Position numbers and translations under genes: made by a program. Of a DNA stretch of 64,000 bases, positions 40,083 through 49,770 are shown piece after piece. Source of the DNA: an uncultured virus (IMG/VR IMGVR_UViG_3300025821_000010) (lineage: Duplodnaviria; Heunggongvirae; Uroviricota; Caudoviricetes); IMG/VR virus record IMGVR_UViG_3300025821_000010. One strand, given 5' to 3'. Numbering within the stretch: the stretch's first letter is position 1; every line of letters starts with the position of its first letter. The notes below the pieces were generated by a model. That model was not told the DNA's origin. It did not search any database and saw only the letters and a program-made list of their open reading frames with translations.

Positions 40083-40535
40083 CTACTTTCTTCGCTTTTC
40101 CAGGATCAATTGTACTGTTCGATCGCATTCATTTTGATTTTGTGGTTTGTATAAAGTAATATTAGGAAATTGTTCTGAAACTAATCTTTTAAATAACTTC
40201 CATCTCATTGGAAAAGATTCATTTGCTCTACCTTTTGTTTCTATTATAAAATCATCTCCAATAAAATCAGGCGTATACTTTATTGGTAGTATTCTTTTGC
40301 TACCTCTATTAACGTAATCACCTTTACCATTTGCTTGTCTTTCGTATACTTCGTTTTCAAAATGAAAACCATTTAACAGAACAAAGGTTTCTCCTTCATA
40401 CTTAGATCTTATCTTAGCTTTTTTCAAGGCCATATACATATAACGTTCTAATCCTGAAGCAAAATTATGTCCATCATAAGATATTTTCTTAGAAACAACT
40501 GGACCTCTTTTTTTTGATCTTTTTTTCTTAATCAT
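40083..40535 (-). CDS. T7 endonuclease I-like Holliday junction resolvase
   Basis: FASGLE...YTPDF...IIETKG PD-(D/E)XK motif. Confidence 0.8.
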   Translation of the reverse strand: MIKKKRSKKRGPVVSKKISYDGHNFASGLERYMYMALKKAKIRSKYEGETFVLLNGFHFENEVYERQANGKGDYVNRGSKRILPIKYTPDFIGDDFIIETKGRANESFPMRWKLFKRLVSEQFPNITLYKPQNQNECDRTVQLILEKRRK

Positions 40536-40821
40536 AATGTTCTCCTGTGTTGCCATTTTGAGCAATAACATCCATTCTAGCTATTAAAGCTTCTTCTTTT
40601 AAGTCTTGAACCTCTTCTTTTGCCGCTTGCAAATAAAGTATTGCATCCATCAACTCTTCTTGTACATCGTTTAAATAACCAAAAAGATCTTTGTGACCAC
40701 CTTTTCTTTCGCTATCTAACGTTCTACCGTATTTAGTAAAACCCAAATCTGATCTTGATACAAACTTGTCTACTACTCTTTCTACAACTGGATCTCTAAA
40801 TGTAACTTCCTTCTTTTTCAT
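40528..40821 (-). CDS. Small all-alpha NTP pyrophosphohydrolase-like protein
   Basis: G.TKYG.TL...QEELMDAILYL acidic helix motif. Confidence 0.55.
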   Translation of the reverse strand: MKKKEVTFRDPVVERVVDKFVSRSDLGFTKYGRTLDSERKGGHKDLFGYLNDVQEELMDAILYLQAAKEEVQDLKEEALIARMDVIAQNGNTGEHYD

Positions 40822-41618
40822 TACAATGTTTGTTTTACAAAAGTTCCATTAATCATTTTACCTTTTCTACTCTTAATAACATTGTAAGCTGATTGTACGC
40901 AATCTTCTATTTTAAGATCTTCAAGCTTAGCTAAGTTTGTTAACACAACAACAATATCACCAATAGCATCTATAATCTCTGGTTTATCATTGTTAAGCAA
41001 AGCTTTAGCAAGTTCACCAGTTTCTTCAAGAAGTTTTATGTATTGTGTTTTGCTGTCACCTTTAGTGTATATACCTTTTTCAGCTGCCCATAGTCTAATA
41101 AGATCATATATATTTTCTTCAATACCATTTACAAGACCTTCGTGTAAACTTGGTTCAGCTATAAAAGCTTCATGAAAAGCTTTATTGTATATAAAACATC
41201 TGTCTTTATCATACATAGATGTTACTGAGTTATGAGCTAACCAATTTAATTCTTTTTTTGATTTTAATTCAAAATCACCAAAGGAAGTTTCCCATTTAAA
41301 ACCAATACCTAGTTCTTTTTTAAGAAATTTCTTTAAATCAATTAGTGGCACTGGAAAAGTTGTTGTTTGTTCTGTTACGTTTAATTTCATTTTATTTGAT
41401 TTTTTATTCATTAGATCTCTATACGTTTGTCTATCAACTTTATAGCCATAAGACTTTTGAAGTTCTATCTCCTTAGATGATATATAGCTTATATCTTCAC
41501 TTGAATCAAGAACTTCGTACTCACCTGGTTTATACCCTTGGGCAACCGTAACTCTTCTATCAAGATCACGTGTAACCCCTATTTTTTTACCCGGGATATG
41601 GTATAAATAATAGATCAT
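40821..41618 (-). CDS. MazG-like NTP pyrophosphohydrolase with N-terminal extra domain
   Basis: KLLEETGELAKAL...IIDAIGDIVVVL MazG motif at C-terminus. Confidence 0.8.
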   Translation of the reverse strand: MIYYLYHIPGKKIGVTRDLDRRVTVAQGYKPGEYEVLDSSEDISYISSKEIELQKSYGYKVDRQTYRDLMNKKSNKMKLNVTEQTTTFPVPLIDLKKFLKKELGIGFKWETSFGDFELKSKKELNWLAHNSVTSMYDKDRCFIYNKAFHEAFIAEPSLHEGLVNGIEENIYDLIRLWAAEKGIYTKGDSKTQYIKLLEETGELAKALLNNDKPEIIDAIGDIVVVLTNLAKLEDLKIEDCVQSAYNVIKSRKGKMINGTFVKQTL

Positions 41619-42265
41619 AATTTATTGTTATAAAGGTGTAAATTGTGTGCGTGGTGATAATATGTACCAACTGGCAAATTAAGCTCTCTAGCAACCAATT
41701 GCTGTAGTTTTGAGAAACAATATTGATCGTTGCAAAAGCCGTACCAGAGATCATTAGAACGCATGTAGACAGACATATTGAGTCTTTCGTTTAATATCGT
41801 AAACTGAACAGCATAAGTACAAGGCGTGTCTGTTTGATACGTGTCGTTTTCTTTGCCATCGTAAATTGAAATTGCTGATTGACGCGTTTGATTATTACCG
41901 CGCAAAGTGTGTATAGCATAATCGAGTTGACCGTTTCTCGTCCACTGCCAACCGTAATTTGATCTTACTTTACCTTCTGAGTCTTGCATTTTTTCCCATA
42001 TAGGTGGTACTTTACCGTATATCTCTTTTAGCTTTGACAAACTTGGATCTCCAGATAAATACCATTGCCATTCAGCTTCAGCATACTCTTCGTTAAAGTT
42101 TCTTTCTTCATTTGCTATTGAAATATTTTTAGGATATTCCAAAGTAAAACCTACATTAAATAAAGCTTTAGTACCAGCAAATTCAACACCATCTGTCCTT
42201 ATTTTTTGATTAAAGTAATCAAATGCTTCTGATGCGTTTTTAAAATTTGTTTTTATATTTTCCAT
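41615..42265 (-). CDS. Thymidylate synthase-superfamily enzyme, probably dCMP (hydroxy)methyltransferase
   Basis: DTPCT catalytic Cys; MRSNDLWYGFCND with Asp at the specificity position; HNLHLY. Confidence 0.8.
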   Translation of the reverse strand: MENIKTNFKNASEAFDYFNQKIRTDGVEFAGTKALFNVGFTLEYPKNISIANEERNFNEEYAEAEWQWYLSGDPSLSKLKEIYGKVPPIWEKMQDSEGKVRSNYGWQWTRNGQLDYAIHTLRGNNQTRQSAISIYDGKENDTYQTDTPCTYAVQFTILNERLNMSVYMRSNDLWYGFCNDQYCFSKLQQLVARELNLPVGTYYHHAHNLHLYNNKL

Positions 42266-42491
42266 AATAATAAAGATAATACTCAAATAATTTCTCCCAT
42301 ATAACTACTTTTTTGTAGGTTTCAGGGGATCTGTTTGTTTTGTTGTTAATTGTAATTTCTATAAACCAGTTGGTTTCGTCTTTAGCTATAGGTGATATAC
42401 GTATACTGTTTTTAATGCACCAGCTATAAGCTTCAAATTCTTCATCACTATAAATGTATTGACCCATTGGGTCTTTTTTTATAACTCCCAA
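42240..42491 (-). CDS. Hypothetical protein
   Basis: 83-aa coupled ORF. Confidence 0.55.
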   Translation of the reverse strand: MGVIKKDPMGQYIYSDEEFEAYSWCIKNSIRISPIAKDETNWFIEITINNKTNRSPETYKKVVIWEKLFEYYLYYYGKYKNKF

Positions 42492-44197
42492 GGTAATGAA
42501 TTTTCTTCTAACTTAACAGGATTTATTGGAATAAAACAACCTGATTTATGTTCCCATTTAAAATGAGCTTCTTCACCGTTTTGGCCTAGGTTCTGAAACT
42601 TAACTTTAAGTACTTTACATTTCACGGTTTTATTAACGTAGTCTCTATGAACTAACAACCCATGATATGAAGCATCGTACCATTCGCCACCACCTTTAAT
42701 ATTGTACATAGTAGGCTCTTCAATTTTACCGTCTTTATCTTTGTACATTTTAGTTGGATGCGCTACAATAATAACTAATACATCATACTTTTTAGCAAAT
42801 ACTTCTATCTTAGTTAAATACTCCATAGTATACCTATTAACGTCTTCTGTTTTAGAATCTGTGTCACGTACTTTATTAAATGGATCAATAACAAGGCATT
42901 TAATACCTTTTCGTTTTACAAGCTCAGCGCCTTTTCTAAGTACAGACTCTAAAGTATAACGCTCCATGTCTATAAAAAAGAAATTATCATTTACATGATT
43001 AGCTATTTGGTTCCATTTGCTAGAACCAATGTCTTCTTTAGTGGGCATGCCTTGCCATACCTTTCGCATAAGCTTATGTGCGTGAAGATAAGTTGGCGCA
43101 TTCTCAGGACTAGCGTATGCCGTTTTCCATCCATACTTAGCGTTATATCCGACAACCATTTGATCGACGAAATCACTTTTACCGGAAGAAGGTATACCAG
43201 TGACAGTAATAAATTGACCAGTGTAAGTTGAAAAGATTTCATCAAAGTTAGATAAGCCAACCTGAAATCCGGGCTTAAAGCCATTTGTAACGAAATCAGT
43301 AATCTCCCCTTCAATGTCCTTAAAAGTGGTGACGTGTTCAAGAGGTACGGGCTTTGCTGCGGTAATACGCTGCGATAGTTTTTCTTTTCCATACTTTAAT
43401 AAATATTCATTTGCATCTTTGCAGTCTTCAAAACTAGCCATGTAACAAACCTCAGCACCAAGACGTCTTATTAATTCTTGTTGTAAAGCTTGACCAGCTT
43501 CATCTGAATCTGTAGCTAATATTATTTTAGTTTTATCTACAAAGTAATCAATGCAATTGTCTAAGTAATCTAAATTATTAGATGTAAGTGTAGCACCATT
43601 AGGTACTGAAACAACGTTTGGCATACCAGCTTCATGAAGCGCAAGCACGTCCATTTCTCCTTCTGTTATGATACAGTATTCATAACCTATTATTGCATTT
43701 ATGTTATAGAAGACTTTCTCAGCCCCCTTAAATAATTTAAAGTTCTTTCTTCCGTCTCGATACTTGATATTAATAAGATCTTCACCAACAAAATAATTAA
43801 ACTTTATAACATTCTCGGCCTTACCGGTTTGTGGCATCCATTCAGATCCTTCAGTAACTTTTAAAGCTGATAGAGTGGAGGCAGAGATACCTCTACCTTT
43901 AAACCACTCTTCAACTTTAGTTCCAGGTACATTTACAACAAATGGCTCTGGCTTTATGTATACCTTATCTACATCACCTTTTCTTTGATAAGTGTGTAGT
44001 TGAAATGAATTGTTGCAGTTATGGCAAGTACCAAGACCCCGTTCCCAATCATAAGATGCACATTTAGAGTTCTTATTCTCAGGTTTCCTATCGTGAGAAC
44101 ATAAAGGACAAGTCCCTTGTGTTTTACCCACTTCTAAGTCATATTGATTAAACTGGTCGATCAAAAATCCATTGATCTCCGTACTGTTAACTTGCAT
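42479..44197 (-). CDS. Primase-helicase (T7 gp4/Twinkle-like)
   Basis: CPLC...CHNC Zn finger, EGEMD and DSD TOPRIM, GIPSSGKS Walker A, VIDPFN, VAHPTK. Confidence 0.93.
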   Translation of the reverse strand: MQVNSTEINGFLIDQFNQYDLEVGKTQGTCPLCSHDRKPENKNSKCASYDWERGLGTCHNCNNSFQLHTYQRKGDVDKVYIKPEPFVVNVPGTKVEEWFKGRGISASTLSALKVTEGSEWMPQTGKAENVIKFNYFVGEDLINIKYRDGRKNFKLFKGAEKVFYNINAIIGYEYCIITEGEMDVLALHEAGMPNVVSVPNGATLTSNNLDYLDNCIDYFVDKTKIILATDSDEAGQALQQELIRRLGAEVCYMASFEDCKDANEYLLKYGKEKLSQRITAAKPVPLEHVTTFKDIEGEITDFVTNGFKPGFQVGLSNFDEIFSTYTGQFITVTGIPSSGKSDFVDQMVVGYNAKYGWKTAYASPENAPTYLHAHKLMRKVWQGMPTKEDIGSSKWNQIANHVNDNFFFIDMERYTLESVLRKGAELVKRKGIKCLVIDPFNKVRDTDSKTEDVNRYTMEYLTKIEVFAKKYDVLVIIVAHPTKMYKDKDGKIEEPTMYNIKGGGEWYDASYHGLLVHRDYVNKTVKCKVLKVKFQNLGQNGEEAHFKWEHKSGCFIPINPVKLEENSLPWEL

Positions 44198-44207
44198 TTA
44201 TTTTATA

Positions 44208-44558
44208 TTAAAAAGGTAAATCATCTGCTACTTGTGCTGCTGTTGGCGCCGCTTGAAAACTTGTAGCTGATCCAGCTTCGTTTTTCCAAACTTGAGTAAC
44301 TCCTTCACCTACAAATAAAGACTCCGCTTTATTTTGTCTTTCTTCTTGTGTTTGTTGTTTAATAGCAAAATGAGTTTTTACTAGTTGAAATTTCTCATGA
44401 TCATAAACTACTTTTTGAGATTCTGGTTTCATCTCAATAAGATCAAATTTAATTTCCTTAATTGCTATTTCATTACCTGACTTGTCTTTGTAAGATCTGT
44501 TCGATAATAATTCTCTTGCTTTGTCTGCGTCGATTGACACTGAAATTTTTGTTGCCAT
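44208..44558 (-). CDS. Single-stranded DNA-binding protein (putative)
   Basis: C-terminal ADDLPF SSB-type tail; located between exonuclease and helicase. Confidence 0.65.
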   Translation of the reverse strand: MATKISVSIDADKARELLSNRSYKDKSGNEIAIKEIKFDLIEMKPESQKVVYDHEKFQLVKTHFAIKQQTQEERQNKAESLFVGEGVTQVWKNEAGSATSFQAAPTAAQVADDLPF

Positions 44559-44568
44559 AATTTAATTG

Positions 44569-45300
44569 TTAAAGTGTTTGATTTAAAAAATATTGTTCTG
44601 GATCGAAATCCTTTGATTTAAAAAAAAGCCTATAAGCATCGATTGCTTTTAAAACTTTATCTTCTCCTGATCTTAAAAACGCGTCTGAGCAATCAAATAT
44701 ACCTAATTGCAATGTGTTTTTATCTATCACTATAAATATCATTTCATAACCAAATAGTTGGCTATATATATAAGCTTGACTATCGTAGTTGTATTTCTTA
44801 GCTGAGTATCTAAACTTAGATATGTCTGCACTAGTCTTAAGGTCAACAACTAGTTTCTGATTGTGGTTTATAATATCAGCTTTACCTTTCCACATCTCAC
44901 CATGTATCTCTTTAATACCTGGTACTTCATATTCGTTGCCAACGCTTCTAATAAGATCTTTACATATATCATTATTGAGCATTTTACCAGTCATTAATTC
45001 TATTTGATCAACTTCTTTTTGAAGTAAATATACCTCTGGATCTTCAAGCTCTCTATACTCTTTGTTATTCCTACTATTAACATCTATAATTTTATACTTA
45101 CCTAGTTTTTCTGGCTCTAATATAGCTGTGTGAAAATAACCACCAATAAGAAAAGCACTTATCATAGGTTGTCTTTCGCCAAGTAATAAAGGATTCGTAA
45201 GTAGCGTAGATATATCTGAGTTGCTTAGGTATTTTTTACCAAATTCACCGTAATAGTCTTCGTCGTTTTCAAGTTTTTTTAATACCTCTTTTTTTTTCAT
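44569..45300 (-). CDS. PD-(D/E)XK exonuclease (RecE/exonuclease VIII-like)
   Basis: G.YFHTAILEP, KGKADII...VVDLKTS, YNYDSQAYIY. Confidence 0.8.
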   Translation of the reverse strand: MKKKEVLKKLENDEDYYGEFGKKYLSNSDISTLLTNPLLLGERQPMISAFLIGGYFHTAILEPEKLGKYKIIDVNSRNNKEYRELEDPEVYLLQKEVDQIELMTGKMLNNDICKDLIRSVGNEYEVPGIKEIHGEMWKGKADIINHNQKLVVDLKTSADISKFRYSAKKYNYDSQAYIYSQLFGYEMIFIVIDKNTLQLGIFDCSDAFLRSGEDKVLKAIDAYRLFFKSKDFDPEQYFLNQTL

Positions 45301-45854
45301 TATAATGTACTTAGTTCTTTTACTTGTGAAGCTGTAAGTGTATACTTAGATTTAATAGCATCTATGTTTCCACCTGATTTAACGTATTCTTTAGCTTTAG
45401 TTAATTGGTCTTTAGTAATAGCAACCTTGGCGGCGTAAGTTCTACCACTGTGATCATTAGTTGCATCACTATCTTGCGTGTCATCTATTAAAAGTAAATT
45501 ACCAAGAGAATATTTCTTTGCATAACTGGAAGCACTACCGAACTGCTGTGGTACTTGCATACCTTTTTGAGCTAAATCAACACCAACTATAGACTTAGCA
45601 GCTATAGACATACCACCTTGTGAATCCATAATAGTAGCAGTTGATTCTATAATAGGCATACCATCTATATTTACAAGTTGCTCATCAACAGTAAATAATA
45701 CATTGTACTTTTCGTTAAATGGTTTTAATGCTTCAAGTATATCTTCAGCTGATCTAAAGTTGTACTTACCAAAAGAATTGTACCTACTTTTTTTAGCTTT
45801 AAACTCTTTTTGGATTTTGCTTAATTTTTGATAAATGGTTAATGTCTCTTTCAT
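45300..45854 (-). CDS. ERF-family single-strand annealing protein
   Basis: FGKYNFRSAEDILEALKP; QQFGSASSYAKKYSLGNLLLIDDTQDSD. Confidence 0.88.
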   Translation of the reverse strand: MKETLTIYQKLSKIQKEFKAKKSRYNSFGKYNFRSAEDILEALKPFNEKYNVLFTVDEQLVNIDGMPIIESTATIMDSQGGMSIAAKSIVGVDLAQKGMQVPQQFGSASSYAKKYSLGNLLLIDDTQDSDATNDHSGRTYAAKVAITKDQLTKAKEYVKSGGNIDAIKSKYTLTASQVKELSTL

Positions 45855-45902
45855 TTTTAAAGGAATTTAGTTATTATTATAATTACATATTTTTGCCTTA
45901 AT

Positions 45903-46667
45903 CTACAGATAGTCAATCACTTGCGATGGTTCTACATTATCAATTAACTTCTCTACAGCTTGCTTTTTTATCTCAGATATTCTAACATAAGCGCTAGGAC
46001 CTTCGATGCCTAATATCTCTGCTATTTGATTTGCAGAGTGTTTATCACAATTTAATCCATAACTTAATCTTAGTACTTCAAACTCTCTATTATTAAGAAA
46101 CTTTTTTAATAGACTTGTTAGATATAAATTTAATAAACCAATGTTATATGGTTCAGACTGATCAGGTATTTGGTGCATTGTATTATCGTCGTCATCATCA
46201 TTTATTTGCTCGTCAATACTAAGGAATATGGAATTAAAAAACATTGCAACCATTTTTTTGTCTTTACCATTGTCTTTCCTAATTTCATTTAGTTTATGCT
46301 CTGGTATTCTAATATCTCCCCTGTTTATGTCTATGGCTCTTCTAATGGCTCCTTTTATTCTTTTAGACAGGAAAGACTTTAATGTTTTTTCCTCGTCTTC
46401 TGAGTTTTCTATTGTTTCCCATATTATTTTGTCAACAGCTTTGATCAGTCCCAAACTACCGTCCTGTATTAAATCTGTAATATCCATAACACCGGAAGCT
46501 TGTTGAGCTGTTGAAAACTTCCTTGCTATGTTTTCTACTAAAGGTAAAAACTTAATTATAAGCTCGTCTCTAGTGTACTCGTTAAATGGTTTTTCGCCGA
46601 CACGTTCAATTGAAGACTTTACATCTTCTTTATATCGTACGTAGTTCTGAATGTTGTACTTTTTCAT
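45903..46667 (-). CDS. Phage sigma-70-family transcription factor
   Basis: LPLVENIARKF, DLIQDGSLGLIKAVDK, RIKGAIRRAI...IRIP, region 4 REFEVLRLSYGL..QIAEILGI. Confidence 0.9.
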   Translation of the reverse strand: MKKYNIQNYVRYKEDVKSSIERVGEKPFNEYTRDELIIKFLPLVENIARKFSTAQQASGVMDITDLIQDGSLGLIKAVDKIIWETIENSEDEEKTLKSFLSKRIKGAIRRAIDINRGDIRIPEHKLNEIRKDNGKDKKMVAMFFNSIFLSIDEQINDDDDDNTMHQIPDQSEPYNIGLLNLYLTSLLKKFLNNREFEVLRLSYGLNCDKHSANQIAEILGIEGPSAYVRISEIKKQAVEKLIDNVEPSQVIDYL

Positions 46668-47283
46668 ATCCGTTGTTTAATAGTTCCTTCTCTTTTTTGA
46701 GTTCATTGGTCATATTACGGTATATGGTTCTTGGTGTACAATTTAATTGTTCAGCTAAATTAGCTACTGTTATTTTATTCCCGCAGTCGTTTATGTATAG
46801 CATAACATCGTAGATGTCAGACTCGGTAATTCTTTTGCTTCTACCTACGAGTTGTCCTACGATACTTAGTTTGTCTGACAATTCTAGTTTACAATTATAA
46901 TTAAATATAACTTTACGGGTCTTATTAGATGGATCTTGTTCTAGGTCACACATACTTATTTCGTATATGATTTTATTTAACAAGTCATCATTTATTGTAA
47001 ATGTAACAAATCCATTTTTAATATTGCATATAAATTTAGATAAATTTAAAAAATTATCAGGATCAAGTTTTGGGTTAAGATACCATAGAACTAATAAATG
47101 CCACTTTAAAGATTTGTAGGTGTTGATCTTAGCTTTACTTCTAAAAAGATCATAACACTCTCTGGTACCGTCTTCATAAAACCAACCCCAATCATATGTT
47201 GAAGTTGGCTTGTCTTTAACTGGCAACCTTCTGTAAAGTATTCTGTTTCGATGTAAATAATCGAGACGACGTTCGTATGACAT
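46630..47283 (-). CDS. DNA-binding protein with C-terminal HTH
   Basis: ITVANLAEQLNCTPRTIYRNM HTH. Confidence 0.65.
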   Translation of the reverse strand: MSYERRLDYLHRNRILYRRLPVKDKPTSTYDWGWFYEDGTRECYDLFRSKAKINTYKSLKWHLLVLWYLNPKLDPDNFLNLSKFICNIKNGFVTFTINDDLLNKIIYEISMCDLEQDPSNKTRKVIFNYNCKLELSDKLSIVGQLVGRSKRITESDIYDVMLYINDCGNKITVANLAEQLNCTPRTIYRNMTNELKKEKELLNNGYEKVQHSELRTI

Positions 47284-47320
47284 TAGCCTATTACCCCTTT
47301 ATATTAACTACCTATTGTCA
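47278..47320. repeat. Inverted-repeat element copy 1 (TGACATTAG-N25-CTATTGTCA), core flipped relative to copies 2 and 3
   Basis: Read directly; overlaps the start codon of the HTH gene. Confidence 0.85.
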
Positions 47321-47669
47321 CACTGTGACTGTTTATTAATCTAATGGAAACATTATTCCATTTTCCATATTTTACTTTTTTGTTAACCAAAAAATCAATT
47401 TTTTTAGTCCAACGTTTATTCATGCGATCACGAATATACCAAATGCCATTCATACGTCCAGCATTCTCTACGCAAATTGTTTTACCCATAGTAAAACCTA
47501 TTTTTTCAAGATCTCTTGATACAGCTACTATTCTATGCTTTTTAGGGTTATCTAAATCAATAACAAAACCCGTTGCTGTTATGTTTGGTGTATCATCTGT
47601 TTGACCTGGCACCGCATTGTAAACAGTTGCTGTTACGCATGCTACTATACTTACTATTAATGTTTTCAT
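47304..47669 (-). CDS. 3D-domain (double-psi beta-barrel) protein, possible peptidoglycan lyase, signal peptide
   Basis: TATVY...TDDTPNITATG, VAVSRDL, IRDRM...KIDFL. Confidence 0.7.
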   Translation of the reverse strand: MKTLIVSIVACVTATVYNAVPGQTDDTPNITATGFVIDLDNPKKHRIVAVSRDLEKIGFTMGKTICVENAGRMNGIWYIRDRMNKRWTKKIDFLVNKKVKYGKWNNVSIRLINSHSVTIGS

Positions 47670-49026
47670 GATTTATTCTTTTCAATTAAACTAATAAGTT
47701 TTTCAATGTCTTCTTTACTGGTAAATTCAATATTATCGTAATCAAACATTTCTACACCCCAGCCATTTTTTTTAGCTTCTCCGTTATCACTAGATATTAA
47801 ACATAATTCATTTGTAATATTATATGTGTAATAGTAATAAGGTTTTAGATCTGAGTCTTTATGTTCTGGGTATAAATCAGTTACATATGATTTTTTAAAC
47901 CCTAAATCTATTAAATCTTGTTCTTTCATATTGTTTTTTTTACTCATCAAAAAATTCCTTTACTTGTTTTGTATTCCAAGATGCTGCTAAAGATATTTGC
48001 CTTAACAGGTCTACATACTCTGTAAAGTCTATATCTGAATGGTCTACTTCTACTGAATACTTATATTCGTACTGTTCTATTGTTATTCTGTAAGGTTGTT
48101 TTTTCATATCTCTTTGGTGTTAAAGGTTTGGTCAAAACACTGTTCGTTATCGTAATAGTTTACCCAAAAATCTCTGTTTTGACCTATTGATTGAAACTCA
48201 CACATAACTTCTTTTTCTTTCTCAAGCATTGATTCTGCTATTTCTAAATAAAATTGAGACATTCTAATAGCTATCAAGCCACCGTTAGAAGGGTGTGTAT
48301 TATAGTGCAAAGTATCTTCTTTGAGTTTTTCTTTCATAAACTCAATCATTTCTTGCATTGGTGTTTTCATAAAAATTCTATTATAACATTTTTGTTATAG
48401 TCTTTTAATATTCTTTCAACTGCCGCATCTTGCACGTGATCAGCAACAACACCATTAATTAAGTAATCGTGGGTATCGCTGCCGTCAATTATACGCATTG
48501 TGTATAGCATAATTACTTTTTAAGATCATTAAGCTTTTTAACAACTTTGTTTATCTTGTTGTTTAATATAGCTGCTTTACTATAGTCTTCGTTTTGCTCA
48601 TAGCGTAACAATAGCTCGTTAAGTCTTTTAAGTTCTATTTCTAACAACTCTTGTTCAGATATAATATATTGACCACTAACTTCCGCGTCATCACCTAACG
48701 TTTCTTGCATGTTGTCAATAAACTGTTTATCAAACTCTTCTTGACGAGCATATATTTTGTCTACTATAATGTCAGCTAATTGGTTCATTTCTTGTTCAGT
48801 CATTTTGTTTAAGATCTTTTTTAATTAATGCGTATATATATTTCCAAACTTTTGCGTCGTGTTCCTGATGTTGTAATACCATTTGTAACTGTTCTTTAGT
48901 TACACCAGCCCAACGCTTTTGTTTTATGTCATCAACAGTATTATTAATATCTATATCGGACATAATAACTTTAGCATTAGCTTTATCTAACGCGCGTTGT
49001 TTGGTATCAAAATCAGTTTCTATCAT
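47666..49026 (-). other. Cluster of small hypothetical genes (47666-47950, 48104-48370, 48513-48803, 48796-49026 and shorter ORFs)
   Basis: Closely packed minus-strand ORFs; 48513-48803 ends in a UVR-like NEDYSKAAIL motif. Confidence 0.55.
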
Positions 49027-49253
49027 TATTTAATTTTTTTGTAGGAAAATAATCTAATTACATTCCTATTTAAGTATGCACCTTTTGATACTGCTGATCT
49101 TAAACCTTCAAACGTTCCTGAATCAACATCTGAATATACATATTTAGATCCTGAGTTGAATTTAACTAATAATGTTTTTTTCATTGGTGTGTATGTAACT
49201 GAGTCTACCATACTTGAATACACATCGATCTTTTCTTTTAAAATTCTTTCCAT
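49026..49253 (-). CDS. KTSC domain protein
   Basis: SSMVDSVTY...LLVKFNSGSKYVYSDV...A.SKGAYLN. Confidence 0.85.
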   Translation of the reverse strand: MERILKEKIDVYSSMVDSVTYTPMKKTLLVKFNSGSKYVYSDVDSGTFEGLRSAVSKGAYLNRNVIRLFSYKKIK

Positions 49254-49277
49254 TGTTAATTGTTTTAATTGTTATAT

Positions 49278-49313
49278 AATTATTATCTAGCTTGCCGCGT
49301 ATTGTTTTTGTAA
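49278..49313 (-). promoter_or_regulatory. Early promoter-like motif copy 1
   Basis: TTACAAAAACAATACG-N10-GATAATA on minus strand, upstream of KTSC gene. Confidence 0.7.
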
Positions 49314-49760
49314 TTCATATCTTTTATTTTCTTCAGTGTTTTTAGATATGTGTTTTTCACTTATGTCTGCTTTCTTTTGCTCGAGTACAGCTATAGTGTT
49401 TTTTAATTCTAATATCCTATCGTTTATCTCGTTAATAGTTTTAACCTCTTGAACCTCAGATATATATATATTCTCTACTTTCCTGTACAACTCTTCTATA
49501 TCTCTTTCGTATGGCAATTCATTTTCAAAGTTTTTAATACTATGTAAAACAGTTGCATGATCTTGACCCATACTTTTAGCTATTGCAGAACAACCAGCTG
49601 TAGAGTAATCCATTGATAGTTTATAGTAAACCCAACGCAACATTTTGTATTCACGTTTGCGTGTATTTACTTTGTATGAATACTCACCAGCTTCGTCTAA
49701 TATTTTATAGTAAAAGTAGTTTAGTATTTTTTTATTTGATGGTGTAATTCTTGGTGTCAT
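49287..49760 (-). CDS. DnaA domain IV (C-terminal HTH)-like protein plus coiled coil
   Basis: SAIAKSMGQDHATVLHSIK resembles DnaA IG..FG.RDHTTVLHA. Confidence 0.7.
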   Translation of the reverse strand: MTPRITPSNKKILNYFYYKILDEAGEYSYKVNTRKREYKMLRWVYYKLSMDYSTAGCSAIAKSMGQDHATVLHSIKNFENELPYERDIEELYRKVENIYISEVQEVKTINEINDRILELKNTIAVLEQKKADISEKHISKNTEENKRYELQKQYAAS

Positions 49761-49770
49761 ATGTTTATAT

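Noticed and set aside
41615..42265. Plain thyA annotation
   Set aside because: Asp rather than Asn at the substrate-specificity position, so the symbol was withheld
44569..45300. Cas4 / CRISPR-associated call
   Set aside because: No Fe-S cysteine cluster; context beside ERF and SSB indicates a recombination exonuclease
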